From an uncultured delta proteobacterium (GTDB taxonomy: Bacteria > Bdellovibrionota > FAC87 > UBA2466): 64,000 nt of DNA. The DNA lies in contig CAVZSV010000004.1 of assembly GCA_963778115.1 (NCBI GenBank), positions 896,001 through 960,000 on the forward strand. Direction: 5' to 3'. Position numbers and translations under genes: made by a program. Below the pieces are notes generated by a model. That model worked only from the letters and a program-made list of their open reading frames with translations. It made no database searches and had not been told where the DNA came from. Shown here piece by piece: positions 9,999-19,743 of this stretch. The first letter of the stretch is position 1. Each line of letters begins with the position of its first letter.

Positions 9999-11026
9999 TC
10001 GGCCCCCTTTGCCAAGACTTTGTTTACCCAACTCTCGTTGTCTAAATACCACCGCACGGTATCGGCGAGTCCTGATTCAAAAACATACTCGCGAGTGAAG
10101 CCTAATTCTCGTTCCGCTTTGCTGTCGTCTATCGCATAACGTAAGTCGTGTCCAAGCCGGTCGGTCACAAAAGAAATTCCCTTCGAATAGGAGGTTCCAT
10201 CCGAACGAGGACGTAGCGTATCCAGGTGACGACAGATGTCTTTGACGACGTCGAGATTATTGCGCTCGGCTTTTCCACCGAAACAGTACGTTTCTCCGCT
10301 ACGCCCTCGCTCTAAAGCAAGCAGCAGTCCCCGCGCATGATCTTTGACATGGATCCAATCTCGAATGTTACCGCCATTTCCATAGACCGGTAGCGGTTTG
10401 CCCTTTAAAGCACACTGAATCATGTGAGGAATTAACTTCTCTGGATATTGTCTCGGTCCATAGTTATTGGAACAGTTCGTCGTAATAGTAGGAAGTCCAT
10501 AGGTGTGATGCCACGCCCGTGTCAGAAAATCGGCTGAAGCTTTGGAAGCAGAGTAAGGAGAATTCGGCGCCATCGGAGTTGTCTCGCTAAACTTACCCGT
10601 TGCGCCCAACGAACCGTAGACTTCATCGGTAGAGATCTGAATATAGCGAAAATCGTCTCGAACTTTTCCTGAAAGACCCGTCCAATAGTCTAAGCAGCTA
10701 TTAAGGAGGTTAAAGGTGCCTCCAATATTGGTTTCAATAAAAGCCGCTGGGCCCGATATCGAACGATCTACATGACTCTCAGCGGCGAAATTGATAACGG
10801 CTATGGGTTTGTGGTGTCTTAAGAGATCCGGAACGTGTTTGGAATCCGAAATATTTCCTTGGACGAGCTCCCATCCAGAACGCGGAACTTTCTCCAAATT
10901 CTCCTTATGGCCGGCGTAGGTCAAAGCGTCGAGAACGACACAGTGGTATCCGCGCAGTACAGCCTCTTCGACGAAATTGCTTCCGATAAATCCCGCTCCC
11001 CCCGTTACAAGAAGTGTCTGTGCCAT
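9995..11026 (-). CDS. rfbB: dTDP-glucose 4,6-dehydratase
   Basis: LVTGGAGFIGSN, DALTYAG, FAAESHVDRSI, STDEVYG, YSASK, SNNYGPRQYPEK, DRLGHDLRY. Confidence 0.97.
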   Translation of the reverse strand: MAQTLLVTGGAGFIGSNFVEEAVLRGYHCVVLDALTYAGHKENLEKVPRSGWELVQGNISDSKHVPDLLRHHKPIAVINFAAESHVDRSISGPAAFIETNIGGTFNLLNSCLDYWTGLSGKVRDDFRYIQISTDEVYGSLGATGKFSETTPMAPNSPYSASKASADFLTRAWHHTYGLPTITTNCSNNYGPRQYPEKLIPHMIQCALKGKPLPVYGNGGNIRDWIHVKDHARGLLLALERGRSGETYCFGGKAERNNLDVVKDICRHLDTLRPRSDGTSYSKGISFVTDRLGHDLRYAIDDSKAERELGFTREYVFESGLADTVRWYLDNESWVNKVLAKGAE

Positions 11027-11179
11027 GCCTCTGAATTACCCGTAATTGGCTGAGCAGGCAACGCTTTCGCGCAGAGGGGGGGTGGGGCTTAAAACATAGG
11101 TTTTCCTTAAGGGGAAAGCGTGATTTGATGCCTGGTCGAATAGGTGACGACGATATTTTGCGATCCCAAGGAGGCCCCC

Positions 11180-12070
11180 ATGCATACCCTGACGTTTCAG
11201 AAATTAAGCCACTTGCTGATTTTCACGATTATTTGCCTAATGCCAGCAAAGGGGGCTTTCGGCGCCGATACTCCTGTTATCTCAAAAGGGCCGATCCTGA
11301 TAGTACTCTCCGCAGAGTCTCACATCACGCTAAAGGGAAATAAGAAACACCCCACTGGATTTTATTTGAATGAGTTGGCGGTTCCGCTCAAACAGATGGT
11401 GGATAATGGCTTTACTCCCGTTTTCGCCACCCCAAAGGGCAAAATTCCTGTGATGGACAAGCATTCGGATAACGCCTCGGTATTTGGCGGCGATCAAGAT
11501 CGCTATGCGAGCATGAAGGAGTTTCTGAGCAAAGAAGAGGGGCTAAAACATCCTCACCCCTTAAGTGAAATCGCTTCCGGGGATTTGAGCCAATACCGTG
11601 GAATCTTTGTGCCCGGCGGACACGCTCCCATGCAAGATCTGTGGAAAGATCCCAACTTGGGCAAGATCTTGACCTATTTCCACGACAAGCACATACCCAC
11701 GGGCCTCATTTGCCATGGAACTATAGCTCTCTTGTCGTCGCTGGATGATCCCACCCAGTTTTTGAAATCAGTGGAAAAGGCCCCCGCGGGTGCGAGCCCC
11801 AAGAATGCTTGGATTTACGACGGGTATCGAATGACCGTTTTCAGCATTCCCGAGGAACGCGATGCCCAGAAGAATATGCTCAAAGGGGAGGTGAAATTTT
11901 TTCCCGAAGACGCGCTCACCCAAGCTGGTGGCAAAGTGATGACAGGCCCCAAATGGCAAAGTTATGTTATCCACGATCGCGAATTGGTCACCGGCCAAAA
12001 TCCCAATTCGGACCAAGAATTTGGAAAGATCTTTCTTGAAATGCTAAAAAGCTCCGAAAGCAAATCCTAA
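11180..12070 (+). CDS. DJ-1/PfpI (class I glutamine amidotransferase-like, Hsp31-type) protein with signal peptide
   Basis: TGFYLNEL, FVPGGHAPMQDL, ICHG nucleophile elbow, LVTGQNPNS. AGGAGG SD before ATG 11180. Confidence 0.9.
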   Translation: MHTLTFQKLSHLLIFTIICLMPAKGAFGADTPVISKGPILIVLSAESHITLKGNKKHPTGFYLNELAVPLKQMVDNGFTPVFATPKGKIPVMDKHSDNASVFGGDQDRYASMKEFLSKEEGLKHPHPLSEIASGDLSQYRGIFVPGGHAPMQDLWKDPNLGKILTYFHDKHIPTGLICHGTIALLSSLDDPTQFLKSVEKAPAGASPKNAWIYDGYRMTVFSIPEERDAQKNMLKGEVKFFPEDALTQAGGKVMTGPKWQSYVIHDRELVTGQNPNSDQEFGKIFLEMLKSSESKS

Positions 12071-12083
12071 GACAAGGTCTTAA

Positions 12084-13508
12084 GTGCTTTTTAATTCCTA
12101 CGAGTTCATTTTTGCGTTCTTGCCCGTCGTGCTCGTGGGGTTTTACTTATTCTCCCAATTCACCACCTACCGTTTCGCAAGGTGGTGGCTTGTGGCAAGT
12201 TCCCTTTTCTTCTATGGATGGTGGAAGCCAATCTACCTTCCGCTCCTCGTTACTTCAGCGATAGTGAACTATCTCATAGGAACGACGCTGGGAAAGCGGC
12301 ACTTTATCCATACCTCAGCTCGCAAGACGCTTCTCATTTTGGGAATCACAGGCAACCTCTCCCTTTTGGGCTACTTCAAATACACGAACTTCTTTCTACA
12401 AACGGCAAACAGCCTGTTAGGACTTCAACTGCCCTACTTGCCCATCATTCTTCCGCTTGCGATCAGTTTTTTTACTTTTCAAAAGATTGGATACCTCGTC
12501 GATAGTTATTACCGCAAGACCGAAGGCTATGCTTTTTCAAACTACCTGCTCTTCGTTAGTTTTTTCCCGCAACTTATAGCGGGCCCTATCGTTCACCACA
12601 AAGAAATTATCACGCAATTTGAAAAGCCAGCGACCTACCAACGTCATTGGGAACACTTAGCGAAAGGGCTCTCCGTTTTTCTTATCGGACTAGCTAAGAA
12701 AACGGCCATTGCCGATACCTTGGCGGTTTGGGCGACCAACGGATTCGACCATTTAGTGGTGGTAAGCCCACTTCAGGCGTGGACGTCCACACTCTGCTAT
12801 ACTCTGCAACTCTATTTTGACTTTAGTGGCTATACGGATATGGCAATCGGAGCTGCGCTTCTTTTTAACATTAGGCTCCCCGAAAACTTTGATTCCCCTT
12901 ACCAAGCTAATCACATTCGAGAATTTTGGCGAAAGTGGCATATGACGTTAAGTCGATTTCTTCGTGATTATGTTTACATTCCTTTGGGAGGAAATCGAGC
13001 AAGTGGGGTAAGAAGTGCCGCCAACATGATCCTTACTTTCTTGATCGGAGGATGGTGGCACGGGGCCGCCTGGACCTTTGTCGTCTGGGGACTTTATCAC
13101 GGTGTCGGAATCGTAATCCAATCGAGCTGGGAAAAGTTCCACCGTCCCCTGCCCCCCTGGTTGGCACGCTCCGTCACCTTTATTTTCGTTCTCGTGGGCT
13201 GGGTATTTTTCCGTGCAAAGTCGTGGGATGTTGCGGTTCGGTTTCTTAAGGCGATGGTGGGGTGGGCGCCTAACGCTTCGGGGGGACTCCTTTGGCTAAA
13301 TAGCGACCCCAATAATTCCCTGGAATTTGCAACGACTCTGCTGATTCTAGTCATGGGTATTCTCATCGTCTTTTTGGGACCTAATACGCGAAATATTCAG
13401 GCCAGGCTGCGCCCGACTTGGAGGGCTGCCGCTTTCGTCTCAGGAGCATCCCTAATGGCGCTTGTTTGCAGCCATCACGTGTCTGAGTTCTTGTATTTTA
13501 ATTTTTGA
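12084..13508 (+). CDS. MBOAT family O-acyltransferase (AlgI/DltB-like)
   Basis: MLFNSYEF, LPLAISFFTFQ, FFPQLIAGPI, QLYFDFSGYTDMA, FWRKWHMTLS, WHGAAW, EFLYFNF. Confidence 0.93.
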   Translation: MLFNSYEFIFAFLPVVLVGFYLFSQFTTYRFARWWLVASSLFFYGWWKPIYLPLLVTSAIVNYLIGTTLGKRHFIHTSARKTLLILGITGNLSLLGYFKYTNFFLQTANSLLGLQLPYLPIILPLAISFFTFQKIGYLVDSYYRKTEGYAFSNYLLFVSFFPQLIAGPIVHHKEIITQFEKPATYQRHWEHLAKGLSVFLIGLAKKTAIADTLAVWATNGFDHLVVVSPLQAWTSTLCYTLQLYFDFSGYTDMAIGAALLFNIRLPENFDSPYQANHIREFWRKWHMTLSRFLRDYVYIPLGGNRASGVRSAANMILTFLIGGWWHGAAWTFVVWGLYHGVGIVIQSSWEKFHRPLPPWLARSVTFIFVLVGWVFFRAKSWDVAVRFLKAMVGWAPNASGGLLWLNSDPNNSLEFATTLLILVMGILIVFLGPNTRNIQARLRPTWRAAAFVSGASLMALVCSHHVSEFLYFNF

Positions 13509-14500
13509 GGTATCTTTTGGACCTGTGGAAAAAATGGATCTTTAAGTTTCTTCTCTCGTTATTGGTGGGACTTGTTATCCTGTTTGTCGGAGTGAATATT
13601 CTTATTGATCCCTACGCAGAATTCGGCCTCGTCCAAGGGCCACACAACAAGCGCCGCTATTTTCAGGATCATGAGACTGCCGCCTATCAAATGGCGCGAC
13701 GATTAGAGCAAAGCGACTATTCGCTTATCTTTGGCACCTCTCATTCCGCCATCCTCTCCGAGAAGCTTCTCGAAGAGAAGCTACTAAACCTATCGGTGTC
13801 GGTTTATGGTAACCCGACCGATGTCCTTTCTTTCCTCAAGGGGCTTTCTCCAAAAGCTTGGAAACACATTCGAAACGTATACTTTGACCTGGACTTTCAT
13901 ACCTTTACGGCTGTGAAGAGTGCTTACGATAAGGCTAACTTTTACTCACCACTCACCTATCTCTTCAAGACAGTCTCTGATTTGACTCTGGCAAAACTCG
14001 AAAGGTGCTTTTACACAATCCATCACAACTTAGGAAAACCGGCCGGTGCCTATCTCAATCCAAATGGAGAATTTGTATATAACGATGAGACCACCTTCGT
14101 TCCCGATCCTAGCGCCACAGAGAAAATTATCTTTACCCATAACACCCAGGCCTTCGAGTCATTAGGAGAGCTACACCGACTGCTTGCGGAACATCAGATT
14201 CCGGTCATCTACTTTAATACCGTCTTTTCCCGTCAGTTTTTGAATCGCGTGGATTGGGACTCTGTGAAAAAACAGTATGAAGGAATTTTGAATCAGATCC
14301 CCTTGTTCGTCTCTTTTCTCTACGTTCCCAAGTTTTCTAACTTTCCCAAGTACTTTCGAGATGAAACTCACCACAAATATGAGCTCGCTGAATGGGAGAT
14401 AGCCACTCTACGCCATCCTAAAGCGCGAGCCGCTTTTGAGTTAACTCGAGATAAAGTAACTAGTTATGTTAACGATCTTCGTGGAGAGCTCGCCAAATAG
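13505..14500 (+). CDS. Membrane-anchored SGNH-like partner of the MBOAT (AlgJ/DltD-type)
   Basis: N-terminal TM followed by IDPY, IFGTS (block I-like) and DETH (DxxH-like); overlaps the MBOAT stop. Confidence 0.6.
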   Translation: MRYLLDLWKKWIFKFLLSLLVGLVILFVGVNILIDPYAEFGLVQGPHNKRRYFQDHETAAYQMARRLEQSDYSLIFGTSHSAILSEKLLEEKLLNLSVSVYGNPTDVLSFLKGLSPKAWKHIRNVYFDLDFHTFTAVKSAYDKANFYSPLTYLFKTVSDLTLAKLERCFYTIHHNLGKPAGAYLNPNGEFVYNDETTFVPDPSATEKIIFTHNTQAFESLGELHRLLAEHQIPVIYFNTVFSRQFLNRVDWDSVKKQYEGILNQIPLFVSFLYVPKFSNFPKYFRDETHHKYELAEWEIATLRHPKARAAFELTRDKVTSYVNDLRGELAK

Positions 14501-15831
14501 ACGATCAAAAAGATCGCAAGAAAGTAATAGTAGTTAGCGAAGGCCTGCTTCCCGAAGAGGAACACTACTCCCCATAAAATGGTCATGGAAGAGGCCCAAT
14601 GAACGAGAGTTCCCTCTCGTCGCCACAGATAAAGAAGCACAAGACCAAGCGTACTTGCGTATATTCCCAACACCAACTTGTTGGGAAGAAATAAATGCCA
14701 CCGATAAAATAACGCGACCAAGGAAAAGGAATCCGCTCGAAAGTTCTGAGATAGGATTTGACGTATCGTCGATTCATAGAAAGCAGCTGGGCTGCTTAAG
14801 GCCAAAGGAAGAATAAGCGCAAGACAAACGACGAGCGCAACCCCTAGAAAAATGATTATCCCTTTACCCTCTCGGCGCCGATACAACCAAAACGAAGTTA
14901 AGGGAATCACTAAAACCCCATATTGTTTGGCGGAGACTAGAAATCCCAAGGCAACACCAGCAAGAATCCAACGTCGGGATAGTAAGCCCAAGGCCATAAG
15001 CACGGCACCCATGCAGAGAAAAGGGTCCAACCAGGCCTCCTCCATGACAAAGAGGGAGATAGGAAAACAGAGCCAAACTAACGACACCCAGAGGGAAACA
15101 CTTGAAGTTCTGCCTAACCGTCGACATAACCCGTAAAGTCCCAGTGCGGTCACCGCGTCCGCGAACACAAGAGCATAACGGACGTCCCCGAAAACCAAAC
15201 GAAATAAGGTCATCAAATAGATGCCACCTGGAAAATAGGCGATGGCAGGATGGTAGTCGAAAGCGCCGTGGTAGATGTCGGGATAAACCTGTGCATAGAG
15301 ATTTCTTCCGGCTAGCAGATGATCCGCTCCCATCGTCAGTGTGACAAAGACGTCGATCTTAGGTTGGGGCGAAGCCATGGGAACCAAAACATGAGCAGCG
15401 AGGATGGCTAGGATGGCCACCGGGAGTCCCTTGGAAAGATAAGTGCTGCCCGATCGAATGCTAGGAAATAAGACGGGAACGGCAGCGACTACGATCGCCA
15501 CAAAGGCAGTGGCTAGCGACCATTCGATGAGGGTCATGGGGATTCCGGACTGGCCATACAGTACCCGTGGCTGATGCCATAGTTTGGCCGAAAATAAGAT
15601 CGCAATAAGCGCCCATAACGCGGCGGATATCTCCTTCGGCTGCGCCACGAATTGAGCCGCGACGAATAACAGAAAAAGGACAGAGCATTCGCAAACAAGG
15701 TCGGAACGGAAATGGCCGAGGCTCGAGGAAAGTGCAAATCCTAAAAATACAAACCAAAGCGGAGCCATCCAAGAAAGAAGAGGCGATTTCGATTTTGATC
15801 TCATTGCTGGGATTGGCACTGCCGCAGCCAT
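14464..15831 (-). CDS. Polytopic GT-C glycosyltransferase-like membrane protein (GT87-like)
   Basis: Many TM segments; PKIDV, YFPG, KQYG, KQAFANYY; last gene of the glycosylation operon. Confidence 0.6.
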   Translation of the reverse strand: MAAAVPIPAMRSKSKSPLLSWMAPLWFVFLGFALSSSLGHFRSDLVCECSVLFLLFVAAQFVAQPKEISAALWALIAILFSAKLWHQPRVLYGQSGIPMTLIEWSLATAFVAIVVAAVPVLFPSIRSGSTYLSKGLPVAILAILAAHVLVPMASPQPKIDVFVTLTMGADHLLAGRNLYAQVYPDIYHGAFDYHPAIAYFPGGIYLMTLFRLVFGDVRYALVFADAVTALGLYGLCRRLGRTSSVSLWVSLVWLCFPISLFVMEEAWLDPFLCMGAVLMALGLLSRRWILAGVALGFLVSAKQYGVLVIPLTSFWLYRRREGKGIIIFLGVALVVCLALILPLALSSPAAFYESTIRQILSQNFRADSFSLVALFYRWHLFLPNKLVLGIYASTLGLVLLYLWRREGTLVHWASSMTILWGVVFLFGKQAFANYYYFLAIFLIVYLASSPRRSLT

Positions 15832-16799
15832 TGCACGAAAAGGCTAACTCCCTCTTCGATGGAAATGCGCGGCCGATATCCCAGCACCGACTGACTCTTA
15901 GCGACGTCAGCGTAAGTTCTCTCGACATCACCGGGCTGACGTTCTTTCCAATCCACTTTTGCTTTCTTTCCCAAAGCCTTTTCGATCAATTCGACTAACC
16001 GACTAAGCGAAATCGGGTTGGACCCTCCCAAATTAAACGTCTCGCAACAGGGAGCTTCTTTTGTCACTGCCCATTTTTCTGCGGCCAAAACTCCATCAAC
16101 GATATCCGATACGAAAGTGTAGTCTCTCGAAGTCGAGCCGTCGCCGAACAGTTCAATCGCGCTTGCTTTTTCAATCAGTTTTGAGAATTTGTGAATCGCA
16201 AGATCGGGGCGTTGGCGGGGGCCATAAACGGTAAAGAATCGAAGGATCGCTATGTGCATCTCGTAGAGATGGGAGTAGGTATGACAAATCAGCTCCGCAC
16301 TCCGCTTACTGGCGGCATAGGGAGAGATGGGTTTGGCGGCATTACTATCTTCTCGAAAAGGAACAGGCGTATCGTCTCCGTAAACGGATGAGGAAGAGCC
16401 CAGAATAAAAGACTTTACTGCTAACTCGCGACAAATCTCTAGCAGACGCAAGGTGCCAGTGACATTGACTCGAAAATACCCGGTAGGATCACTTAACGAA
16501 GGGCGAACTCCCGCTTTTCCCGCAAGATGGACCATCGAAGAGAGAGAGAATTTCTTAAGATCATCGGCAGTGAGATCCACGATATCTACGGGTAAAAAAT
16601 GAAACTGTGATTGGGCCAGCCTGGCAGTTTCCGTGACCGCTTTGAGGTTTTTCTCTTTGTCGGCCTTTGCATAAAACGGATCAAAATTGTCTACGCCAAC
16701 TACGTTTCTTCCTTCACGAAGTAAGGCTTCCGCCGTGTGAGATCCAATAAAACCCGCAGCACCGGTGACGAGCACCCATTTTTCAGTCATTGCGGACAC
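15801..16799 (-). CDS. NAD-dependent epimerase, UDP-glucuronate 4-epimerase-like
   Basis: LVTGAAGFIG, HLAGKAGVRPS, SSSSVYG, YAASK, LRFFTVYGPRQRPDLA, RDYTFV, QPGDVERTYAD. Confidence 0.88.
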   Translation of the reverse strand: MSAMTEKWVLVTGAAGFIGSHTAEALLREGRNVVGVDNFDPFYAKADKEKNLKAVTETARLAQSQFHFLPVDIVDLTADDLKKFSLSSMVHLAGKAGVRPSLSDPTGYFRVNVTGTLRLLEICRELAVKSFILGSSSSVYGDDTPVPFREDSNAAKPISPYAASKRSAELICHTYSHLYEMHIAILRFFTVYGPRQRPDLAIHKFSKLIEKASAIELFGDGSTSRDYTFVSDIVDGVLAAEKWAVTKEAPCCETFNLGGSNPISLSRLVELIEKALGKKAKVDWKERQPGDVERTYADVAKSQSVLGYRPRISIEEGVSLFVQWLRQCQSQQ

Positions 16800-18693
16800 G
16801 ATGAATCTTCTCCTTATTCATCCAATGATCGAGAACTAAAAACGCCCAAAGAGTCTTCGAATGGTCTTCCCGCTGTTCCATGAACCTAACGTACGACTGC
16901 TGAAAACAGTCTCGAGAAACTCCGGGACAGTCCCAAAGGGCACTATGCTTCCAGGAACTGCGCAATCGTTCTAGTAAAGGCTTTTGGAGCCAGCGCGCTA
17001 AGGGAATTCCAAACCCCTTTTTTGAGCGGTGTAAGATCGACTCGGGGAGTTTGCCTCTGGCTGCCCCTTTCAGCAAGTATTTTCCCGTCCCGTTCCGACG
17101 CTTCCATTCGTAAGGAACGGAGAAACTCCATCGGATGACTTGCGTATCCAAAAAGGGGGGACGCACTTCGAGTCCGCGGGCCATCGAAGCCCTGTCGACT
17201 TTGGTAAGGACAGAGCCTGGCATATAAGTGGAAAAATCAAGGGCCAGTAATGAATTTCCAGAATCTGCGAAAAGCGGCTTAGCGTTTTGAAAAACGCTGG
17301 GCTCTATTTTAAGGCCCGGAAACAACCCTTGGACCAACGGCAAATCAGTTGCCGACATCCAGCGAAGATGCCGACGGTACTTATCCTTATCCCAGCGCTG
17401 GATAAATCGTTTCGCTTTCCATTCGAAACTTTGGTAACGCAAATTAAGAGGCAGTTTCGATACGGAGGGACGGATAAGACCTCGGTGAAAAGGGGGCGGA
17501 ATCACTTGATAAGCTTTGGCCCATTCTTGGGCTTTGTAAGTAGGATAACCCGCCCAAAGTTCATCCCCCCCATCGCCCCCTAGGACCACCTTTACGTGAC
17601 GTGCGGCTAAACGTGAGAGGCAATACGTCGGAAGTATCGATGGATCTCCCATCGGTTCATCAAGACTATTCAACGCCTCGTCTAGCGTTTCCATCATCGC
17701 CTGCTCGCTCAATGTTTCAACGATGTGTTCGGTCCCGAGTTTTTCGGCCACCATTTTGGCATATTGACTTTCATCGTAATCTTTATCTTCAAAGGCTATC
17801 GTAAAAGTCTTAATCGGATTTTTCCCGCGAAGCTTTTGGGCGAGCGTTGCCACAATGGAAGAATCGATTCCCCCACTGAGAAAGACTCCCACCGGAACAT
17901 CGGCGATAAGTTGACGTTCCACCGCATTTTCGAGGTGTCTCCACAGTTTCTCTTCGAGCGAAGACTCGTTAGTGTCTTTTTCGATCTCTTTGGATGCTAA
18001 CTTCCAAAAAGGTTTGGGTTGCGATAGCTCCCCCGCGCGCCAAGTAAAGAAATGTCCGGGAAGAAGTTTAAACACTCCACTGAGAATGGTTTCCGGGGGC
18101 TGAACATAATCGGAAAAGAAAAAACTCGCCAGCGAATTTATCGACATTTCCCGACAGACCAGAGGATGTTGGATGAGAGAGGTGAGTTCCGAGGCGAACG
18201 CAAGCCCTCCATTTGCCAATGGAGCAAAGTACAGCGGCTTGATTCCCGCATGGTCCCGAGCTATCAAAAGTTCCTGTCGCTTTTCGTTCCAGTAGGCAAA
18301 AGCAAACATCGCATTGAGCTCGTCCAAACCTCTCAATGGGGACTCCGCACGACTGGAGAGGTGGTGAAGAAGAACCTCTGTGTCGCTGTGAGTGCTGAAT
18401 CGGTACCCCTCATCGACTAAACGCGGCCTTAGGTCCAAAAAATTAAAGATCTCGCCGTTAAAAGTAATTTGAATCGTGCCATCATGATTACCTAGGGGCT
18501 GGCCCCCCCTTTCCAGATCAATGATGGAAAGCCGTCGGTGCCCTAACCTAACGGTCCAGCCCGAGTCGGTCTTTTTCTCCCATTGCCCGGAACCATCAGG
18601 ACCCCGGTGCTCGATACGTTTGAGCATGGCCGACAAAATCGGCGCTCCGGCATCTTTATCGGATCGTTGTACGAAGCCCGCTATTCCACACAT
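16783..18693 (-). CDS. asnB: Asparagine synthase (glutamine-hydrolysing)-like amidotransferase
   Basis: MCGIAG, HRGPD, GHRRLSIID, FNGEIFN, LSGGIDSS, GDGGDE, KVDRASM, KKGFGIP. The context suggests glycan amidation. Confidence 0.92.
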   Translation of the reverse strand: MCGIAGFVQRSDKDAGAPILSAMLKRIEHRGPDGSGQWEKKTDSGWTVRLGHRRLSIIDLERGGQPLGNHDGTIQITFNGEIFNFLDLRPRLVDEGYRFSTHSDTEVLLHHLSSRAESPLRGLDELNAMFAFAYWNEKRQELLIARDHAGIKPLYFAPLANGGLAFASELTSLIQHPLVCREMSINSLASFFFSDYVQPPETILSGVFKLLPGHFFTWRAGELSQPKPFWKLASKEIEKDTNESSLEEKLWRHLENAVERQLIADVPVGVFLSGGIDSSIVATLAQKLRGKNPIKTFTIAFEDKDYDESQYAKMVAEKLGTEHIVETLSEQAMMETLDEALNSLDEPMGDPSILPTYCLSRLAARHVKVVLGGDGGDELWAGYPTYKAQEWAKAYQVIPPPFHRGLIRPSVSKLPLNLRYQSFEWKAKRFIQRWDKDKYRRHLRWMSATDLPLVQGLFPGLKIEPSVFQNAKPLFADSGNSLLALDFSTYMPGSVLTKVDRASMARGLEVRPPFLDTQVIRWSFSVPYEWKRRNGTGKYLLKGAARGKLPESILHRSKKGFGIPLARWLQKPLLERLRSSWKHSALWDCPGVSRDCFQQSYVRFMEQREDHSKTLWAFLVLDHWMNKEKIHRVRND

Positions 18694-19721
18694 GGAGTTG
18701 TCGTCGCTTCCGACGTCGTAAGGACCGGTTCGCGATGGCTTTCACGCGGAAGAGTCACTTTCGACGACGCTAGGGGAAAACCCAAAGTTCTAAGGATGAG
18801 ATACGGCCGTTGCTGACTCGACTCGAAGTAGGTTCGAATAATAAGTTCTGAAATAATTCCCAGGGCGACGAATTGAATCCCCACGATGGCAAGAAAAACC
18901 GCAATGTTGAAAAGGGGATTTCGATGCACCCAAACCGCGAGAGCCAACTTTTCGTATAGGACGAAAGCGGCGATAAGGCCGCTCACGCCTAGCATCGCAA
19001 AACCGGTTCCGCCAAAAATGTAACTGGGCTTGGTGCGGTAGCGCTGCATAAACCACACGGTGGTCAGATCTAAAAGGACTTTTACCGTTCGAGAGAGGTT
19101 GTATTTGGATTGGCCCGACGTTCTGGGACGATGGTTGACGACCATTTCGCCCACCCTGGCCCCCATGCCCTCCATTAAAATTCCGATAAACCGGTGCATC
19201 TCTCCGTAAAGACGAAGTTCATTGGAAAGTTCCCTGCGGTACGCTTTCAAGGAGCAGCCCAGATCGTGAATACTGGTCTTCATCACCCAACGAATTAATC
19301 CGTTAGCGATCCGCGAAGGAAAAGTTCTTAGGACAAAGCCGTCTTTTCGATTAAGCCGCCAGCCCGCGACAAAGTCGTATCCCTGATCGATCATCTTGAG
19401 CATTAGGGGTATGTCGTTGGGATCGTTCTGTCTGTCGGAATCCATCGTAATGATGATGTCGCCGGAAGCGTGAGAAAAACCTGCGTCGAAAGCTGCCGTC
19501 TGGCCGTAATTACGCCGAAAAAGGACTACCTTTAGATAGTGCTTGGTACGCGAGAGCTCTGCCAAAATTTCACGGCTGCGATCGGTGCTCCCGTCGTCCA
19601 CGGCGATGACTTCAAAAGAGTGCTTTAGAGGCGTTAACGCCTCCTCCAGCTCTTCTAGCAAGGGCACGATATTGCCCTCTTCATTATAGATAGGAAGTAG
19701 GATGGATAGCTTTGGGTTCAT
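18681..19721 (-). CDS. GT2 polyprenyl-phosphate glycosyltransferase (ArnC/GtrB/RgtE-like)
   Basis: PIYNEEGN, VDDGSTD, RNYGQTAA, MDSDRQNDP, EMHRFI, two C-terminal TM helices. Confidence 0.9.
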   Translation of the reverse strand: MNPKLSILLPIYNEEGNIVPLLEELEEALTPLKHSFEVIAVDDGSTDRSREILAELSRTKHYLKVVLFRRNYGQTAAFDAGFSHASGDIIITMDSDRQNDPNDIPLMLKMIDQGYDFVAGWRLNRKDGFVLRTFPSRIANGLIRWVMKTSIHDLGCSLKAYRRELSNELRLYGEMHRFIGILMEGMGARVGEMVVNHRPRTSGQSKYNLSRTVKVLLDLTTVWFMQRYRTKPSYIFGGTGFAMLGVSGLIAAFVLYEKLALAVWVHRNPLFNIAVFLAIVGIQFVALGIISELIIRTYFESSQQRPYLILRTLGFPLASSKVTLPRESHREPVLTTSEATTTPCVE

Positions 19722-19743
19722 TGCGGTACATCGTAAGCCATAT

